Shown: in pieces, positions 18,438-27,212 of the stretch
Layout of the letters: every line of letters begins with the position of its first letter
Numbering within the stretch: position 1 is the first letter of the stretch
Assembly: GCA_014799475.1 (NCBI GenBank)
Contig: JAAVHX010000033.1
Span: 21,267 to 85,266 of the forward strand
Direction: 5' to 3'
DNA from: Clostridiales bacterium
GTDB taxonomy: Bacteria; Bacillota; Clostridia; Oscillospirales; Oscillospiraceae
DNA length: 64,000 nt
Notes under the pieces: generated by a model
The model's input: the letters and a program-made list of their open reading frames with translations, nothing else
Database searches by the model: none
Told to the model about the DNA's origin: nothing
Program-made: the position numbers and the translations under genes

Positions 18438-18943
18438 GGTTCGGACACCTCCCGGTAAATGGTGGAAATCAACTGCTCAACGGCCTGGGGGCCGTCCCCG
18501 CAGGGGATGATGTAGTCCGCCCAGCGGCGGTAGACGGGCGCGCGGTCTTGATAGCGCCGGACAAAATCCTCCCGGCCCGCCTGGGCCAGGGGGCGGCCGG
18601 ACACGTCCAGGGCGTCGTAGGTCTCCCTGGGGTCCCGGTCCAGCCAAAACACCATGCCGTTCTCCTTCAGCGGGTCGATGGCCTTATCCTGGAGGGGCAG
18701 GCCGCCGCCGCAGGCGATGACCAGGCTGTCCTGCTCGGACAATTCCCGGCAAAGCGCCAGCTCCAGGGCGCGGAAATATGCCTCGCCGTCCTGGGCAAAA
18801 ATGTCGGGGATGGAGCGGCCCTGGCGCTCCGCGATGAGGGCGTCGGTATCCACCAGCTCCAGCCCAAGACGGCGGGCCAGCAGCCTGCCCACGGTGGTTT
18901 TGCCGCAACCCATCATGCCGATCAAAACAATGTTTTTTGACAT
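18434..18943 (-). CDS. aroK: Shikimate kinase
   Basis: GMMGCGKTTVG, GEAYFRALE, ACGGG, RPL. Confidence 0.93.
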   Translation of the reverse strand: MSKNIVLIGMMGCGKTTVGRLLARRLGLELVDTDALIAERQGRSIPDIFAQDGEAYFRALELALCRELSEQDSLVIACGGGLPLQDKAIDPLKENGMVFWLDRDPRETYDALDVSGRPLAQAGREDFVRRYQDRAPVYRRWADYIIPCGDGPQAVEQLISTIYREVSEP

Positions 18944-18953
18944 GACGATTTCC

Positions 18954-20108
18954 CTAGTCCAAGTTCGACTGGAACCACCCCAGCACCCGGAACTCCCCGG
19001 TGGTCTGGGCCAGCTCGTGGAGGGCGTCGCCCACCGCGGGGTCGTCCGGGGCGCCGGTGAACTCCAGGAAGAACATATATTCCCAGCTCCGCCCGGGCAT
19101 GGGCCTGGATTCCAGCTTCACCATATTCAGCCCGTGGACGGCAAATACGGTCAGGACCTCGTGCAGCGACCCCGCCTCGTGGGGCAGGACAAACAGGGTG
19201 CTGATCTTGTCCGCGCCGGGGCGCAGCTCCAGCCGGGGGGACACCACCACAAACCGGGTGGTGTTCTGTGTATTGTGGTTGATGCCGCGGGCCAGGATGG
19301 TCAGCCCATACAACTCCGCCGCCCGGGCGGAGCAGATGGCGGCTTTCGTCATGTCGCCGCTGTCCGCCACCATCTGGGCCGACCCGGCGGTGTCCGCCTG
19401 GGGCACCTGCTTCCACTCCGGGTGGGCGTTGAGGTAGCGCTCGCACTGGAACAGGCCCTGCTCGTGGGAATAGACGTGGGTGATGGTGTCCAGGCTCGCG
19501 CCGGGCAGGGCCATGAGGCAATGCTCCACCCGCACCGTGGTCTCCCCCACCATGTAGCACTCGTACTGAGTTAACAAATCGTAGATCTGCCGAATGGCCC
19601 CGGTGGAGCTGTTCTCGATGGGCAGCACGGCGTAGTCCGCCCGCCCCTCCCGCAGGGCAAGGAAGCAGTCCTCGAACTGCTCCAGCCCGGAGGTGTCCAC
19701 GCCGCCCCCGAAGAAGTTGACGGCGGCCTGCTCACTGTAGGCCCCCGGCACCCCCTGGTACACCACCCGTGGGGCGGCCACGGGCCGGCGTTGGGCGGCC
19801 TGGGCGTCCAGCCAGCGGCGCAGGCCGGGGTTGTCCGGGCCCTGCCCCATCAGATCCCGCTGCTGCCGCCGGGACAGGGCCATGACGGTCTGGAACAGGG
19901 TAATGACGGCGGGGCGCAGTTCCTCCCCGGCCAGCTCCCCCTTGTTTTGCAGCACCTGGCGCTCCCGCTCCTGGTCCAGCACGGGGATGCCGCTGGCCTT
20001 TTTATACTCGCCCACCCGGCGGGTCACGTCCATGCGCTGGCGGAACAGTTCCACCAGCTGGCGGTCAATGGCGTCGATGTCCCGGCGCAGAGTTTGCAGC
20101 TCGTCCAT
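18954..20108 (-). CDS. pheA: Chorismate mutase/prephenate dehydratase (P-protein)
   Basis: N-terminal AroQ-type CM (LRRDIDAID), QGVPGAYSE, PIENS, NTTRF, ACT domain LESRP. Confidence 0.93.
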   Translation of the reverse strand: MDELQTLRRDIDAIDRQLVELFRQRMDVTRRVGEYKKASGIPVLDQERERQVLQNKGELAGEELRPAVITLFQTVMALSRRQQRDLMGQGPDNPGLRRWLDAQAAQRRPVAAPRVVYQGVPGAYSEQAAVNFFGGGVDTSGLEQFEDCFLALREGRADYAVLPIENSSTGAIRQIYDLLTQYECYMVGETTVRVEHCLMALPGASLDTITHVYSHEQGLFQCERYLNAHPEWKQVPQADTAGSAQMVADSGDMTKAAICSARAAELYGLTILARGINHNTQNTTRFVVVSPRLELRPGADKISTLFVLPHEAGSLHEVLTVFAVHGLNMVKLESRPMPGRSWEYMFFLEFTGAPDDPAVGDALHELAQTTGEFRVLGWFQSNLD

Positions 20109-20596
20109 CAGCGGTACGCCTCCTTCAGCTCAATATAATGCTCTGCGTTTTCCCGCAGCCCGGAAATTTCCTCATCGGTCAGGGGCCGGACCACCTTGGC
20201 CGGGTTTCCCAGCACCAGGGAGCCGTCCGGGGCGTCCGTTTTGCCGGTGACCACCGCCCCCGCGCCGATCATGCAGTTTTTGCCGATTTTCGCGCCGTTG
20301 AGCAGGATGGCCCCCATGCCCACCACGGTGTTGTCCCCCACGGCGCAGCCGTGGACGATGGCCCCGTGGCCCACGGTGACGCGGTCCCCCAGCGCGGTGG
20401 GGAAGACGTCGGAGTGGAGGACGGCGCAGTCCTGGACGTTGCAGCCCCGGCCCAGGGTGATGGGCTTGCCATCCCCCCGGATCACGGCGTTGAACCACAC
20501 GGAGCAGTCCGGGCCGAAGGTCACGCCTCCCACCACGGCGGCGCCGGGGAGAATGACCACGTCCTCGTCTGTTTGACGCAGAGTTTTGAAATCCAT
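20108..20596 (-). CDS. Gamma-carbonic anhydrase family hexapeptide-repeat protein
   Basis: SVWFNAVIRGD, NVQD..LH, VGHGAIVHG. Confidence 0.9.
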   Translation of the reverse strand: MDFKTLRQTDEDVVILPGAAVVGGVTFGPDCSVWFNAVIRGDGKPITLGRGCNVQDCAVLHSDVFPTALGDRVTVGHGAIVHGCAVGDNTVVGMGAILLNGAKIGKNCMIGAGAVVTGKTDAPDGSLVLGNPAKVVRPLTDEEISGLRENAEHYIELKEAYR

Positions 20597-20615
20597 AGTT
20601 GAATCCTCGCTGTTT

Positions 20616-21662
20616 TTAAATTCCAATCAATTCGCACGCTGCTAAAGCTGCCGCCGCCTCGATGACGGGCACCGCCCGGTGCACCACGCAGGGGTCGTGG
20701 CGGCCCTGGAGCTCCAGCTCGGCGTTTTCGTTTTTGACCATGTCCACGGTGAACTGCCGGCGGGCGATGGAGGGGGTGGGCCGCATGGTCACTTCAAACA
20801 CCAGCGGCATCCCGTTGGTGATGCCGCCGTTGATCCCCCCGGCGCAGTTCTGCTCGGCCTTGACGGAGCCGTCGCCGTCCACATACAGCGGGTCGTTGGC
20901 CTCGGAGCCCCGCATGAGGGCGAAGGCCGCCCCGGCCCCGAAGGCCACCGCCTTCACCGCCGGGACGGCGAACAGATATTGGGAAAAAATGCCCTCGGCG
21001 TTGAGCCCAAAGTCGGGGGAACCCAGCCCCGCGGGCAGGCCGAACACCCCGCACTCGATGGAGCCGCCCACGGAGTCCTGCTCGTTTTTGGCCTCTAAAA
21101 TGGCGGCCCGCATCTCCTCGCCCGCCTGGTCGTTGAGGACGGGGAAGTCCTTGCCCGCGCAGGGCCGCAGGGACTCCCAGTCCTCCAAAGCGTCGTCGTT
21201 GATGCCGTAAATGGTGGCGATGTGCGCCCCCACCCGCACGCCCCTCTGGGCCAGGAGCTGCTTGGCCACCCCGCCGGCGAACACCAGGGGAGCGGTGAGC
21301 CGCCCGGAAAAGTGTCCGCCGCCCCGGTAGTCGTTGAAGCCGCCGTACCGCACATGGGCGGCGTAGTCGGCGTGGCCGGGGCGGGCCAGATCCTTGGTGC
21401 GGGCGTAATCCCCCGAGCGGGTGTCCGTGTTCTCAATGACGGCGCACAGGGGCGCGCCGGTGGTGCGGCCCTCGAACACGCCGGACAGGATGCGGGGCTC
21501 GTCCGCCTCCCTCCGGGCGGTGGACAGGGCGTTTTTGCCGGGGGCGCGGCGGGCCAGATCAAAGCGAATGGCCTCCAGATCCAGCTCCAGCCCGGCGGGG
21601 ACGCCCTCCAGCACCACGCCGATGGCGGGGCCGTGGGATTCCCCGAAAATGGAATATTTCAT
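20616..21662 (-). CDS. aroC: Chorismate synthase
   Basis: FGESHG, RPGHAD, GGGHFSGR, GGITNG, GRHDPC. Confidence 0.95.
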   Translation of the reverse strand: MKYSIFGESHGPAIGVVLEGVPAGLELDLEAIRFDLARRAPGKNALSTARREADEPRILSGVFEGRTTGAPLCAVIENTDTRSGDYARTKDLARPGHADYAAHVRYGGFNDYRGGGHFSGRLTAPLVFAGGVAKQLLAQRGVRVGAHIATIYGINDDALEDWESLRPCAGKDFPVLNDQAGEEMRAAILEAKNEQDSVGGSIECGVFGLPAGLGSPDFGLNAEGIFSQYLFAVPAVKAVAFGAGAAFALMRGSEANDPLYVDGDGSVKAEQNCAGGINGGITNGMPLVFEVTMRPTPSIARRQFTVDMVKNENAELELQGRHDPCVVHRAVPVIEAAAALAACELIGI

Positions 21663-21682
21663 GGTGTTTTGCCTCCCTGTTA

Positions 21683-22921
21683 TCAGCCAAATCTTCGGAT
21701 CACAGCACCCAGCCGCTCGTACTCCTCCCAGAAATCCGGGTAGGACTTGGCCACGCACTCAGCCCCGGTGATGGTCACTGGCTGTTCGCACCGGGTGGCG
21801 GCAATGGCCGCCATCATGGCGATGCGGTGGTCATTGAAGGCGTCCACCTTTACACCGCCGGGCAGGCTGCCCTTCCCGTAGATGGTCAGGCTGTCCGGGT
21901 ATTCCGTCACCTGCGCCCCCAGGGCGTTCAACACCTGGGTCACGGCGGCCAGTCGGTCGCTCTCCTTGATGCGCAGGCGGGCGGCGCCCACCAGACGGGT
22001 GGTCTGCCCCGCCCGCAGCGCCGCCATCGCCGCCAGCGGCGGCACCAGATCGGGGCAGTCGGACACGTCGATGTCCACGTCCCCGGGCTGGGACAGCTCC
22101 CGGATCTGGGTTTGGACGGCCGCGTCCCCCTGGGCGGAGCTGGGGTCCATGCCGCCCACCTCCACCGGACTGCCCAGCCATTTTGCGGCGTACCAGAACG
22201 CCGCCTGGGACCAGTCGGCCTCAACAATGAAGTCCTGGGGCTCATAAACCCGGTTTCCGGGGATGAAGAAGCCGCTTTCCCGCGCCTCCGGGTAGATGCC
22301 GAACAGCCCCAGGGCGTCCAGCGTCATATCCACATAGCCCCGGCTCTCCAGCGGGGAGGTGAGGACGATCTCGCTGTCCCCGTCCCGCAGGGACAGGGCG
22401 TACAGCAGGCCGGTGACGAACTGGGAGGACACGTTCCCCGGCAGGCGGTACTCCCCGGGGGTCAGCGTTCCCGTGACGGTGAGCACACCGTCCTTTTGCT
22501 CATAAAAGATGCCCTTCTCGTCAAACAGGTCGAAGTAGGGTTTCTGGGGCCGCTCCATCAGCCGCCCCCGGCCGGTGAAAATGCCGCCCCCCCGCACCGC
22601 CAGGGCGATGGGGATCAGGAAGCGCAGGGTGGAGCCGCTCTCCCCGCAGTCCAGGCGGGGGTAGGCCAGCCGCCGCAGGGGGGACATGGCGCTGGCCGCC
22701 ATGCCCCGGACGATCAGCTCCGGCCCCTCCCAGGAAAATTCCGCGCCCAGCCCGGAGAGGCAGTCGATGGTGGCCTGGATGTCCTGGGAGAGGGCGAGGT
22801 TATCAAGGCGGCTCACCCCGTCCGCCAGGGCGGCGGCGATGAGCAGGCGGTGGGCCTGGGACTTGGAGGGGGGCGGGAAAACGGTTCCGCTCAATTTGGT
22901 TGGGGTGATGGTGATGTCCAT
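21683..22921 (-). CDS. aroA: EPSP synthase
   Basis: PPSKS, CGESGSTLRF, SSQF, KESDR, DHRIAM, KSYP. Confidence 0.95.
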   Translation of the reverse strand: MDITITPTKLSGTVFPPPSKSQAHRLLIAAALADGVSRLDNLALSQDIQATIDCLSGLGAEFSWEGPELIVRGMAASAMSPLRRLAYPRLDCGESGSTLRFLIPIALAVRGGGIFTGRGRLMERPQKPYFDLFDEKGIFYEQKDGVLTVTGTLTPGEYRLPGNVSSQFVTGLLYALSLRDGDSEIVLTSPLESRGYVDMTLDALGLFGIYPEARESGFFIPGNRVYEPQDFIVEADWSQAAFWYAAKWLGSPVEVGGMDPSSAQGDAAVQTQIRELSQPGDVDIDVSDCPDLVPPLAAMAALRAGQTTRLVGAARLRIKESDRLAAVTQVLNALGAQVTEYPDSLTIYGKGSLPGGVKVDAFNDHRIAMMAAIAATRCEQPVTITGAECVAKSYPDFWEEYERLGAVIRRFG

Positions 22922-22946
22922 AGAAATACCTCCCGGAAAATGCAGG

Positions 22947-24029
22947 TCAGGGCGCCTGATCGAAGGAATTCAGCAGGCTCAGCAGCTGGGCCTTGGGCAG
23001 TTTATGAGGAATAGCGTGGCCCATTTTATCCAGCAGGATGAGGGTGATGTCCGCCCCCGCGCCCTTTTTGTCCAAACCGATGGCGGCGGTGTAATCGTCC
23101 GTGGTGCAGGAGATGGCGGTGGGCAGGCCCAGCGCGGCGCAGGCGTTCTCGATGCGCTCAGGTACGTCGGCGGGCGTGACGCCCAGCGCTGCCCCCAGCT
23201 TGGCCGCGGCGCACATACCCGCCGCCACCGCCTCGCCGTGGCTCCACTCGGTATAATGCCCCGCCAGCTCGTAAGCGTGGCCCAGGGTGTGGCCGAAGTT
23301 CAGGATCATCCGCAGCCCGGTGTCCAGCTCGTCCTCCATGACCACTTGGCGTTTTATATCACAGCAGGTATACAAAATGTGTTCAATATCCTCCATCAGC
23401 TCCCCCTGGGAGGGGCGGGCGGCGAGGAAATCAAAGAAGTCCGCGTCCCAGATGCAGCCGTACTTGACCACCTCGGCCATCCCCGCCATGAATACGGGGT
23501 GGGGGAGGGTGTCCAGCGTGTCCGGGTCCATGAGCACTAGCTTGGGCTGGTAAAACGCCCCGGCCAGGTTTTTGCCGTGGTTCAGATCCACCGCCACTTT
23601 TCCGCCCACGGAGGAATCCACCTGGGCCAGCAGGGTGGTGGGGATCTGGATAAAGCCCACCCCCCGCAGGATGGTGGCGGCCCCGAAGCCCGCCAGGTCG
23701 CCCACCACGCCGCCGCCCAGGGCGACCACGCCGTCGGTGCGGGTCAGGCCGAACTCCATAAAGTCCTCCCACAGCTCGGTGAGCAGGCCGGGGTTTTTGC
23801 TGGCCTCCCCGGCGGGGATGACCGCGCCCCAGCACTCGAACCCGGCGGCGGTCAGGCTGGCTTTCAGCTGATCGTAATAGAGGGGGTGCACGTTGGTGTC
23901 GGTGACCACGGCCAGCTTGGCGGCCCGGGGCAGGACCGCCCGGATGCGCTCCCCGGCCTGGTCCAGCAGGCCCCGCTCGATGAGGATGTCGTATTCCCGG
24001 CCCGGCAGGGCCACGGTGAGGGTTTTCAT
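22947..24029 (-). CDS. aroB: 3-dehydroquinate synthase
   Basis: GGGVVGD, PTTLLAQVDSSVGGK, LNFGHTLGHA, HGEAV. Confidence 0.95.
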   Translation of the reverse strand: MKTLTVALPGREYDILIERGLLDQAGERIRAVLPRAAKLAVVTDTNVHPLYYDQLKASLTAAGFECWGAVIPAGEASKNPGLLTELWEDFMEFGLTRTDGVVALGGGVVGDLAGFGAATILRGVGFIQIPTTLLAQVDSSVGGKVAVDLNHGKNLAGAFYQPKLVLMDPDTLDTLPHPVFMAGMAEVVKYGCIWDADFFDFLAARPSQGELMEDIEHILYTCCDIKRQVVMEDELDTGLRMILNFGHTLGHAYELAGHYTEWSHGEAVAAGMCAAAKLGAALGVTPADVPERIENACAALGLPTAISCTTDDYTAAIGLDKKGAGADITLILLDKMGHAIPHKLPKAQLLSLLNSFDQAP

Positions 24030-24041
24030 TGGGCTGCCTCC

Positions 24042-24374
24042 TTATAGTTTGTCCACAATGTCCCGCAGGGTGTCCAGGAATGCTTCCTCGCCCCAGGTGT
24101 TGATCTTGAAGAACATGGCCTGGCTGCCCCCGGCGGTGATGGCGGTGAGGTGGAGATCGTTCCCCTCCCCCGCCAGGGTGAGGCACATGGCCACCCGGTT
24201 GCCGCCGGACCAGCTGTACCGCTCATACATCCGCACGGCCACCCGGGTGGCTCCCATGGTGAAGTCCGAGCGGTCCTCCAGGGTGGCGGACGTACTGCCG
24301 CCCAGCACGGCCTGATCCAACCGGGCCAGCGCCAGGTCAAAGTCGCCGGTGAATGTGCGCTCTAATTTAGCCAT
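24042..24374 (-). CDS. Conserved hypothetical protein (DUF6054-like)
   Basis: Host-like codon usage, RBS, ERYSWSGGNR and GGSQAMFFKINTWGEEAF motifs; family name recalled, not searched. Confidence 0.7.
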   Translation of the reverse strand: MAKLERTFTGDFDLALARLDQAVLGGSTSATLEDRSDFTMGATRVAVRMYERYSWSGGNRVAMCLTLAGEGNDLHLTAITAGGSQAMFFKINTWGEEAFLDTLRDIVDKL

Positions 24375-24422
24375 GAACCTCAATCCTTTCTATTCAACGT
24401 TTATACCAAAGTCTTGCCCATC

Positions 24423-24528
24423 TCGTCGGGGCAAAGTCCATTCCACGGCAAACGCCCTTCGGGCATTTGCCGATTCATTTCCTTGCCCTCTCCCCACAAA
24501 GCCAGAGGGCGGCTTTGCGGGGGCCCCG
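24423..24528 (-). repeat. Family-A hairpin element, copy 1 (after aroF, flanked by duplicated aroF 3' end)
   Basis: CGGGGCCCCCGCAAAGCC...GGCTTTGTGGGGAGAGG...GGACTTTGCCCCGACGA; flanks 24401-24422 and 24531-24552 match 20/22. Confidence 0.85.
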
Positions 24529-24530
24529 AT

Positions 24531-25553
24531 TTATACTAAAGTTTTGCCCATCAAATTAATCAATGGATTCAGCTTGCCCATCAGGTGCCGGAACTTCTCC
24601 GGGGTGAGGGACTGGGCCCCGTCGCACTTGGCGTGGGGGGGATCGTTGTGGACCTCCACCATCAGGCCGTCGGCGCCCACCGCCACGGCGGCCATGGCCA
24701 GCGGCTCCACCATCCAGTACATCCCGGCGGCGTGGGAGGGATCCACCACGATGGGCAGGTGGCTCATCTGCCGGATGGCGGGGATGGCGGACAGATCCAG
24801 GGTGTTGCGGGTGTAAGTCTCGAAGGTGCGCACGCCCCGCTCACACAGGATCACGTTTTCGTTGCCCGCGGCCATGATGTACTCCGCGGACATGATCCAC
24901 TCCTCGTAGGTGTTGGAGAGGCCCCGCTTGAGCAGGACGGGCTTGGACAGCTTGCCCACCTCTTTCAAAAGGTCGAAGTTCTGCATATTCCGGGCGCCCA
25001 CCTGCACCAGGTCCACCTTTTCCTCGAACAGCTCGCAGTACCGGGGGGCCATGATCTCGGACACGATGGGCAGGCCGGCGGCGGCCTTGGCCTCCAGCAG
25101 CAGCTCCAGCCCGTCGGTGCCCAGCCCCTGGAAAGAGTAGGGGGAGGTGCGGGGCTTGAACGCGCCGCCCCGGAGCAGGGCGGCCCCGGCCCCCTTCACG
25201 TCTTGGGCCACGCCGATGATCTGCTCCTCGCTCTCCACCGAGCAGGGCCCGGCGATGACGGTGAATTTGTTCCCGCCGCCGATGGGCACGCCGGACACGT
25301 CCACCACGGTGTCCTCCGGGTGGAACTTGCGGTTGGCCTTTTTATAGGGCTCCTGCACCCGCATGACCCGCTCCACGTCGTCGTTCCAGGACAGCTTGTC
25401 CATGTCGATGTGGGCGGTGTCGCCCACCAGCCCCAGGATGGAGCAGCCAATGCCGTTGGTGATGCTGGCGGTGACGCCGTGGTCGCGCTCCAGCTGGTGT
25501 ACAAGGGCCTGGATCTTCTCCTGGCTGACGCCGGGCTTCATGACAATGACCAT
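24531..25553 (-). CDS. aroF: DAHP synthase (type I-beta with N-terminal regulatory domain)
   Basis: IAGPCSVES, RGGAFKPRTSPYSFQG, GARNMQNF, CERG, DPSH. Confidence 0.95.
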   Translation of the reverse strand: MVIVMKPGVSQEKIQALVHQLERDHGVTASITNGIGCSILGLVGDTAHIDMDKLSWNDDVERVMRVQEPYKKANRKFHPEDTVVDVSGVPIGGGNKFTVIAGPCSVESEEQIIGVAQDVKGAGAALLRGGAFKPRTSPYSFQGLGTDGLELLLEAKAAAGLPIVSEIMAPRYCELFEEKVDLVQVGARNMQNFDLLKEVGKLSKPVLLKRGLSNTYEEWIMSAEYIMAAGNENVILCERGVRTFETYTRNTLDLSAIPAIRQMSHLPIVVDPSHAAGMYWMVEPLAMAAVAVGADGLMVEVHNDPPHAKCDGAQSLTPEKFRHLMGKLNPLINLMGKTLV

Positions 25554-25574
25554 AATAAAAAACCTCTCTTTTTG

Positions 25575-25618
25575 AAAATATAAAGAAGCCCACAGACCGC
25601 ACGCGATCCATGAGCTTC
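25575..25618 (-). terminator. Attenuator terminator in the aro leader
   Basis: GAAGCUCAUGGAUCG-CGUG-CGGUCUGUGGGCUUC followed by UUUAUAUUUU, upstream of the aroF RBS. Confidence 0.75.
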
Positions 25619-25659
25619 CCGATGATGCACAAATTCAGGCGGGGCCTGCCGCCCCTCAC

Positions 25660-25755
25660 TCACGCGCCGCGTTTCTCCATGCCAAAATAGCCGAACCCGC
25701 TAAATCGAGTCCAGCCATAGGTAAAGGTGAAGCTGTGGACGGTGGAGAGGGCCAT
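25660..25755 (-). CDS. Aromatic-rich leader peptide MALSTVHSFTFTYGWTRFSGFGYFGMEKRGA (31 aa)
   Basis: GAGGT RBS; 5 Phe, 2 Tyr, 1 Trp; lies between promoter and terminator; too short for the ORF track. Confidence 0.8.
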   Translation of the reverse strand: MALSTVHSFTFTYGWTRFSGFGYFGMEKRGA

Positions 25756-25785
25756 AAAAGATACCTCGCAGATTTGATTGGGGAC

Positions 25786-25814
25786 ATTATATACTGTCGC
25801 GCATTAAATTGCAA
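25786..25814 (-). promoter_or_regulatory. SigmaA promoter of the aro operon
   Basis: Minus strand TTGCAA-17-TATAAT. Confidence 0.7.
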
Positions 25815-25917
25815 GAGCTTTTTTGAGAAGCGCGGAGCCGCCGCGATACTCCTTTTCCTTGACAGCTCAGGGGTTGCGGGAATAAAATAAAGAAAAAACG
25901 TTCAAGGAGGCGGGGTC

Positions 25918-27186
25918 ATGAGCCACACGGTGGAAATCTTATCGGTGGGCACCGAGCTGCTGCTGGGCAGCATCGTCAACTCGGACGCCCAGGCCCTCAG
26001 CCGGGAGCTGACCGGCCTGGGGCTGAACGTGCTGTACCACTCGGTGGTGGGGGACAATCCGGGACGGCTGAAAGCTGCGGTGGAGCTGGCCCGCAGCCGG
26101 GCGGACGTGATCGTCACCACCGGCGGGCTGGGCCCCACCTGCGACGATTTGACCAAGCAGACCCTGGCGGAATGCTTTGGCAAGCGGCTGGTGTTCCACC
26201 CCGAGTGCGCCGAGGACATCCGGCGCTTCTTCGCCCGTATGGGTAAGGAAATGACGGACAACAACCTCCAGCAGGCGTATCTCCCCGAGGGCTGCACCGT
26301 GCTGGACAACGCCTGGGGCACCGCCCCGGGCTGCGCCTTTGAGGCGGACGGGACATATGTGGTCATGCTCCCCGGCCCGCCCAGCGAATGCCTGCCCATG
26401 TTCCGGGAGCGGGCCCTGCCCTGGCTTGCCCGCTTGAGCGAGGGAATCATCCGCTCCCGCACCCTGCGGGTGTTCGGCCTGGGGGAGTCGGCGGTGGAGT
26501 CCCTGCTGCGGGACCGGATGAACGAGCTTATAAACCCCACCCTGGCCCCCTATGCCAAGGAGGGCGAGGTGGAGCTGCGCGTCACCGCCAAGGCGGACAC
26601 GGCTAGCGAGGCGGACGCCCTCATCGCCCCGGTGGAGGCGGAGGTGCGGGCCCTGCTGGGCGGCCTGGTGTATGGCGCGGACGTGTCCGGGTTGGAGCGG
26701 GTGGTGCTGGACGGCCTGCGGGAGCGGGGCCTTACCCTGGGCACCGCGGAGAGCTGCACCGGGGGCCTCATTGCCAAGCGCATCACCGATGTGCCGGGGT
26801 CGGCGTCGGTGTTCAAGGGCGGCGTGGTGAGCTATCACTGCGAGGTAAAGGCGGGGGTGCTGGGGGTGTCCCAGGCCCTGCTGGACGAGAAGGGCGCGGT
26901 GTGCGCCGAAGTGGCGGAGCAGATGGCGCAGGGGGCCAGGAAGGTGCTGGGCTGCGACGTGGCGGTGTCCGCCACCGGGGTGGCGGGATCCGACCCGGAT
27001 GACCGGGGCAACCCGGTGGGGCTGGTGTTCACCGCGCTGGCCACCCCGGACGGCGTCTGGGTGAAGCAGCTGAACCTGGCCAGCCAGAGCGCCCGGCGGG
27101 ACCGTACCCGGAACCTGGCCGCCAACCACGCCCTGGATATGGTTAGACGATGGATAGCGGGATTGGATCCCGCCGGAATGGCGTGA
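25918..27186 (+). CDS. cinA: Competence/damage-inducible protein A (MoCF-like domain + PncC NMN deamidase)
   Basis: VGTELLLG, GGLGPTCDDLT, LPGPP, AESCTGG, SATGVAG. Confidence 0.93.
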   Translation: MSHTVEILSVGTELLLGSIVNSDAQALSRELTGLGLNVLYHSVVGDNPGRLKAAVELARSRADVIVTTGGLGPTCDDLTKQTLAECFGKRLVFHPECAEDIRRFFARMGKEMTDNNLQQAYLPEGCTVLDNAWGTAPGCAFEADGTYVVMLPGPPSECLPMFRERALPWLARLSEGIIRSRTLRVFGLGESAVESLLRDRMNELINPTLAPYAKEGEVELRVTAKADTASEADALIAPVEAEVRALLGGLVYGADVSGLERVVLDGLRERGLTLGTAESCTGGLIAKRITDVPGSASVFKGGVVSYHCEVKAGVLGVSQALLDEKGAVCAEVAEQMAQGARKVLGCDVAVSATGVAGSDPDDRGNPVGLVFTALATPDGVWVKQLNLASQSARRDRTRNLAANHALDMVRRWIAGLDPAGMA

Positions 27187-27212
27187 CAATACAACGGGAA
27201 GGGAATGACAGC

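Noticed and set aside
25560-25790. T-box riboswitch upstream of aroF
   Set aside because: No T-box consensus (GGTGGNACC) found; the uORF plus terminator explains the region.
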